Shown here in pieces: positions 38,869 through 42,342 of a DNA stretch of 42,342 bases. This DNA comes from Candidatus Eiseniibacteriota bacterium. GTDB lineage: Bacteria; Orphanbacterota; Orphanbacteria; Orphanbacterales; Orphanbacteraceae. The position numbers were made by a program, and so were the translations under genes. How positions within the stretch are numbered: position 1 is the stretch's first letter; each line of letters begins with the position of its first letter. A model generated the notes under the pieces. It was not told the origin of the DNA, made no database searches, and saw nothing but the letters and a program-made list of their open reading frames with translations. The stretch spans positions 1-42,342 of the forward strand of contig JBDROZ010000073.1 in the NCBI GenBank assembly GCA_043809585.1, written 5' to 3'.

Positions 38869-40104
38869 TCAGGAACCTCCCCGGGCGAATCCGAAGATCC
38901 GGGCGAGGCTCTTCTTCCGGCCCCCCCCGCCGAGGAAGAACTCCTCCCTCCCCATCACCCGCTGGGCGAGCCCGAGGGCCGCCGCGAGGTAGAGGGCGAG
39001 GGAGAGGAACGTGAGAAGCGCGGGGGACGCGGGAATGCGGCCGAGCAGGGCGGCGCGGAAGAGGAGCGTCACGTTGGTGAGGGGGATGAGCGCCGTGGCG
39101 TTCGTGAACTCGAGGCTCGGGACGGAGCCCCCGATGGCCGGCACGAGGCATATCAGATAGAAAGGCGTCAGGTAGCCCTGCCCCTCCTTGAAAGTGCGCG
39201 CGAACGAGGCGATCAGGATCATGGACGCGGCGAAGAAGGCGCCGAGAAGCAGGCCCCCCGCGAGCACGACCGGGATCGCGCTCCACGGCACGCCGATGGA
39301 GAGCTCCTCCGCCCCGCCGAACAGGCTCGCCTGATGGCGAATCGTGAAGACCATGCTCGTCAGATTCGCCGTGAGGGCGGCGAAGGAGGCGGTCAGGACG
39401 ACCAGGAACTTGCCCGCCACGAGACTCGCCCGGGGAGCGCCGGCGGCGAGGAGCCCTTCGAGGGTCCCCCGCTCCTTCTCCCCCACGAGCACGTCGATGG
39501 CCGGGTACATGGCGCCCATGGAGAGCATGATGACGAGAATCATCGGAAGGATGAGGGCCAGGAGGAACCGGCCCATCTCCTCGGGAGAGGCGACATTGTC
39601 CTCTTGGATCGAGAAGACCGCGAGAGTGGCGTCGGTGGCGCCGTAATCGCCGAGACCCTTCTCGCGCAGCTCCCGCCGAAGTGCTCCCCATACCTCCTCG
39701 AGCCGGTCCCGGGTCGTCCGGGAACGGTCCCGGGAGAGGTCGAAGAGCGCCTCGATCCGCGGACCCCCTCTCCCGTCCTCGGTCGCGCGGAGAAAAGCGT
39801 CGAGGCTCCCCGTGCCGACCCCGTCTTCGCCGGCCGGCCCGGGGGCGACCTCGAACCGCGCGTCCGCGCGGAGCCGGTCGAAAAGCAAGGGGAGGTTCCC
39901 TTCTCCCTCCCACGCCACCCGGGAAATCTGCTTCTCGAGGGCGCCCATCCGGTACTGGTAACCTTGAGAGAAGAACCAGATCAGCGCGGGATAGAGAAAG
40001 ATCGGCAGGAGCAGGGAGTAAACGACGACATGCCGGTCCCGGAGGGCCGACCGGAGTTCGGTCAGGAACACGGTTCCCGTCAGGGAAAGGTCGCGCAGGT
40101 TCAC
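38869..40104 (-). CDS. NatB-type ABC permease
   Basis: ELRSALRDR, GEKERGTLEGLL, ARTFKEGQ and multiple TM helices. Confidence 0.88.
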   Translation of the reverse strand: MNLRDLSLTGTVFLTELRSALRDRHVVVYSLLLPIFLYPALIWFFSQGYQYRMGALEKQISRVAWEGEGNLPLLFDRLRADARFEVAPGPAGEDGVGTGSLDAFLRATEDGRGGPRIEALFDLSRDRSRTTRDRLEEVWGALRRELREKGLGDYGATDATLAVFSIQEDNVASPEEMGRFLLALILPMILVIMLSMGAMYPAIDVLVGEKERGTLEGLLAAGAPRASLVAGKFLVVLTASFAALTANLTSMVFTIRHQASLFGGAEELSIGVPWSAIPVVLAGGLLLGAFFAASMILIASFARTFKEGQGYLTPFYLICLVPAIGGSVPSLEFTNATALIPLTNVTLLFRAALLGRIPASPALLTFLSLALYLAAALGLAQRVMGREEFFLGGGGRKKSLARIFGFARGGS

Positions 40105-40224
40105 GTCGGATCCTCGGGTCGGATGCGCCTTCCCCGGCGCGTCACGGCCGGCGGCCGGAGTCGTCGGCCCATGGCCCTCCCCGCCGCGTCACAGAGAGAA
40201 GTTATCGCCTTCTTCGGCACGGGA

Positions 40225-41439
40225 TCAAGGGGATTCCCCGGCGGCCGGCGGGAGAGGGGCGAAGAGATCGCCGAGGCCCTCGAGGGAGAGCAGCCTCTCC
40301 TTCAGCGAGGGACCCGCGGAGAACCCGCCGAGGTGGCCGGTCTGGGCGATCACCCGGTGGCAGGGGATCACGACGGGGATCGGGTTCCTCCCGAGGGCGC
40401 CGCCCGCGGCCCGGTGGGCCTCCGGCCGGCCGGCCGCTTCGGCGATCTGCTTGTACGTCCGGACGGAACCGTAGGGGACTCGGGCGACCGCGTCGAGCAC
40501 GGAGGCCTGGAAGGTCGTGGTCTCCACGAGCCGGTAGGAAAACGTGAACCGCTTCCGGCGGCCCTCGAAGTACTCGAGCAGCTCCCGCCGCGGCCTCCTG
40601 AGGGCTTCCGGGTCGCGGACCACGCGCTCCGCGGCCCCGCCGAAGACGGCGGCCCAGCCGCGCTCCCCCCGGCGCCCGAAGCAGGTTCCGACGACCGTAC
40701 GGTCGATGGCCGCCACCTCGAAGGGACCGAAAGGGGTGTCGAAAGCGTCGAAGAGAAGGGTAGCTCCGGGCGGCGGCATCTCCCGGAGCGCCCGCTTTTC
40801 GAGGCGCCGCCAGTCGGGTTTCCTCAGCACCCTCCCCTCGAGGAGACGGAAGCTCTCGATGGCGCTGACGAGGTCGCCGTGGAATCTCTTCCCTCCGCGG
40901 CCGGGTCCGGTTCCGGCGAACTTCTCGTCCGCGAGGACCCGGGCGAGCATCTCCCCGGAAGCCCAGCCTCTCGGCGAAACGGCGCTCCGTCCCCGGCCGT
41001 CGATCTCCTTTTGGAGAGCGAGCAGTCCCCGCTCGGCCCGTCCCCAAAGCTCCTCGGGGGCGATCCCGAGAGCGGCCGTCATCTCGTCTTTTTCGGCGAA
41101 GTCGCCCAGGCGGAGAACGATCGAGGCCCGGCCGGAGAAGGGAACGCGGTGCCACGCCTCCCGGGTTCGGGAGGACGGCTCCCGCCGATCGGGCGATTCG
41201 TCCGCCACCTCGATCGGATGATAGGCGCTCCGCCCGCGCCGGCGGCGGTGGGCGCGAATCAGGGTCGCCGCCGCGGCGGGAAGAGCGGCGGGGCCTCCCC
41301 GGTCGCGAGCGAAAAGGGAGAGGAAGAGATCCTCCGCGTCGAGGGGATCGGGCAGAAGCAGGTAGAAGAACCGGGCCAGGCATTCCCCCCGGTCTCTGAG
41401 AAACTGCCTGAGATCCCCTGAGCTTTCCTTTTGATCCAT
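40225..41439 (-). CDS. Methylated-DNA--protein-cysteine methyltransferase (Ogt) with an N-terminal degenerate ECF-sigma-like region
   Basis: C-terminal VPYGSVRTYKQIA, RAAGGALGRNPIPVVIPCHRV and LLSLEG; N-terminal DAEDL and sigma4-like helix pattern. Confidence 0.8.
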   Translation of the reverse strand: MDQKESSGDLRQFLRDRGECLARFFYLLLPDPLDAEDLFLSLFARDRGGPAALPAAAATLIRAHRRRRGRSAYHPIEVADESPDRREPSSRTREAWHRVPFSGRASIVLRLGDFAEKDEMTAALGIAPEELWGRAERGLLALQKEIDGRGRSAVSPRGWASGEMLARVLADEKFAGTGPGRGGKRFHGDLVSAIESFRLLEGRVLRKPDWRRLEKRALREMPPPGATLLFDAFDTPFGPFEVAAIDRTVVGTCFGRRGERGWAAVFGGAAERVVRDPEALRRPRRELLEYFEGRRKRFTFSYRLVETTTFQASVLDAVARVPYGSVRTYKQIAEAAGRPEAHRAAGGALGRNPIPVVIPCHRVIAQTGHLGGFSAGPSLKERLLSLEGLGDLFAPLPPAAGESP

Positions 41440-41877
41440 GGCGGGTTCCCTCGGTCCCTCAATGTAGCGAATCGGAGGAGCCGGGCAAAGCAAAACGTCT
41501 GGCACAAACGTAATTCTATTCGGAATAACCGATTAGGAGACTGATCTCGAGTCGATTCGATGCCGTTTTTCGCCGGCTCCTTGGATGAATGCGGTCGACG
41601 TTACCCGCGGAAATGTGTATAGTGTGAAGAGCGTAGTTGCGAAGAACACTTCGGCCCCCGAGTCCATGGTCCTGAAATGCAGGAGCGGGCCCTCCCCATT
41701 ATGCCCGCCGTTTCATCCGTCACAACAAGAACAACGAGTCGATCGGCCGGTCGGCGGGATCGACTTCGAGTGCGGCCCCTGCGGCTGCCGTGACCCTCGG
41801 TGCCCGGCCCAATGACGGTGCTTACCCCCTGGTTGTGAGGTCGAGGGAACCACGAAGCGTGCGGGGGCCCTTTTCCG

Positions 41878-42342
41878 TCAATCCCCGTCCCGGCGGCGCG
41901 CCCTCTCCCGGCGTCGAAGATCTTCGAGCCCGTACTTCTTGAAGAGATGCCACATGCTCCGCTCGCTGATCCCGAGCCGGCGGGCCGCTTTGGCCTGCAC
42001 CCAATCCGTCTCGTCGAGAGCGCCGACGAGGACGCTCTTCTCGTAATCCCGCACGCGGCCGCGAAGCGAGAAAGGATCTTCCGCCCCCCCCTCCGCGGGC
42101 CGGATCGCCTTCAGGACCGTAGGGGGCAGGTCTTCTCTTCGAACCAGGTTTCCTTCCCCGATCACGACGGCCCGTTCGATGGCGTTCTCGAGTTCCCGCA
42201 CGTTCCCCGGCCAGGAGTAGCGGGCGAGGGCGTCGAGGGCGCTTTTCGACACCCGCTTTCTCGGCAGACCGTTCTCCCTGCAGTAGTAGGAGACGAAGTG
42301 ATCGGCCAGCGGCTCGATGTCCTCGAGCCTCTCCCGGAGGGG
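41878..42342 (-). CDS. Sigma54-dependent activator, C-terminal part (runs off the window)
   Basis: YSWPGNVRELENAIERA and Fis HTH WVQAKAARRLGIS. Confidence 0.9.
   Translation of the reverse strand, partial: PLRERLEDIEPLADHFVSYYCRENGLPRKRVSKSALDALARYSWPGNVRELENAIERAVVIGEGNLVRREDLPPTVLKAIRPAEGGAEDPFSLRGRVRDYEKSVLVGALDETDWVQAKAARRLGISERSMWHLFKKYGLEDLRRRERARRRDGD

Noticed and set aside
41500-41515. Sigma54 promoter at TGGCAC
   Set aside because: No GC at the -12 position; the same applies to TGGCAC at about 6032

Overview
High-GC chromosomal window from a diderm bacterium. The short Bacteroidota-type SigA and LptE suggest an FCB-affiliated lineage such as Eisenbacteria/Latescibacterota (inference only). 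There is no prophage, integrase, transposase or CRISPR array. From left to right: (1) GT2-surE-pcm-DUF368, then a rearranged tRNA-Pro(CGG) locus with several partial tRNA copies and palindromic repeats inserted at the T-loop, then acyP, an RpoS-like sigma, apt, tRNA-Arg, a STAS protein, nucleotide-sugar genes, a PAS kinase/sigma54 regulator pair and lptE. (2) A candidate chromosomal dif site at 13426-13453, with a second XerD half-site about 0.5 kb away; gene orientation switches here. (3) A PDZ-TM-GAF-SpoIIE phosphatase. (4) A putative sigma54-driven operon of three unannotated micropeptides, converging on a flagellar-type regulatory cassette (fliW-csrA-TPR-flgM-ycgR-like-bEBP, then fliA-pseudokinase). 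The cassette has no structural flagellar genes in the window and several members have degenerate active motifs. (5) A short SigA-type sigma, a PilZ protein and two low-complexity secreted proteins. (6) An archaeal-type HMG-CoA synthase/thiolase/DUF35 module next to leucine-catabolism-type carboxylase and hydratase genes. (7) A bacterial histone-fold protein with a Lys-rich N-terminal tail. (8) A NatAB-type ABC exporter with a CPBP protease fusion, an ECF-sigma-like/Ogt fusion and a partial bEBP. All calls come from reading motifs by eye; no searches were run.
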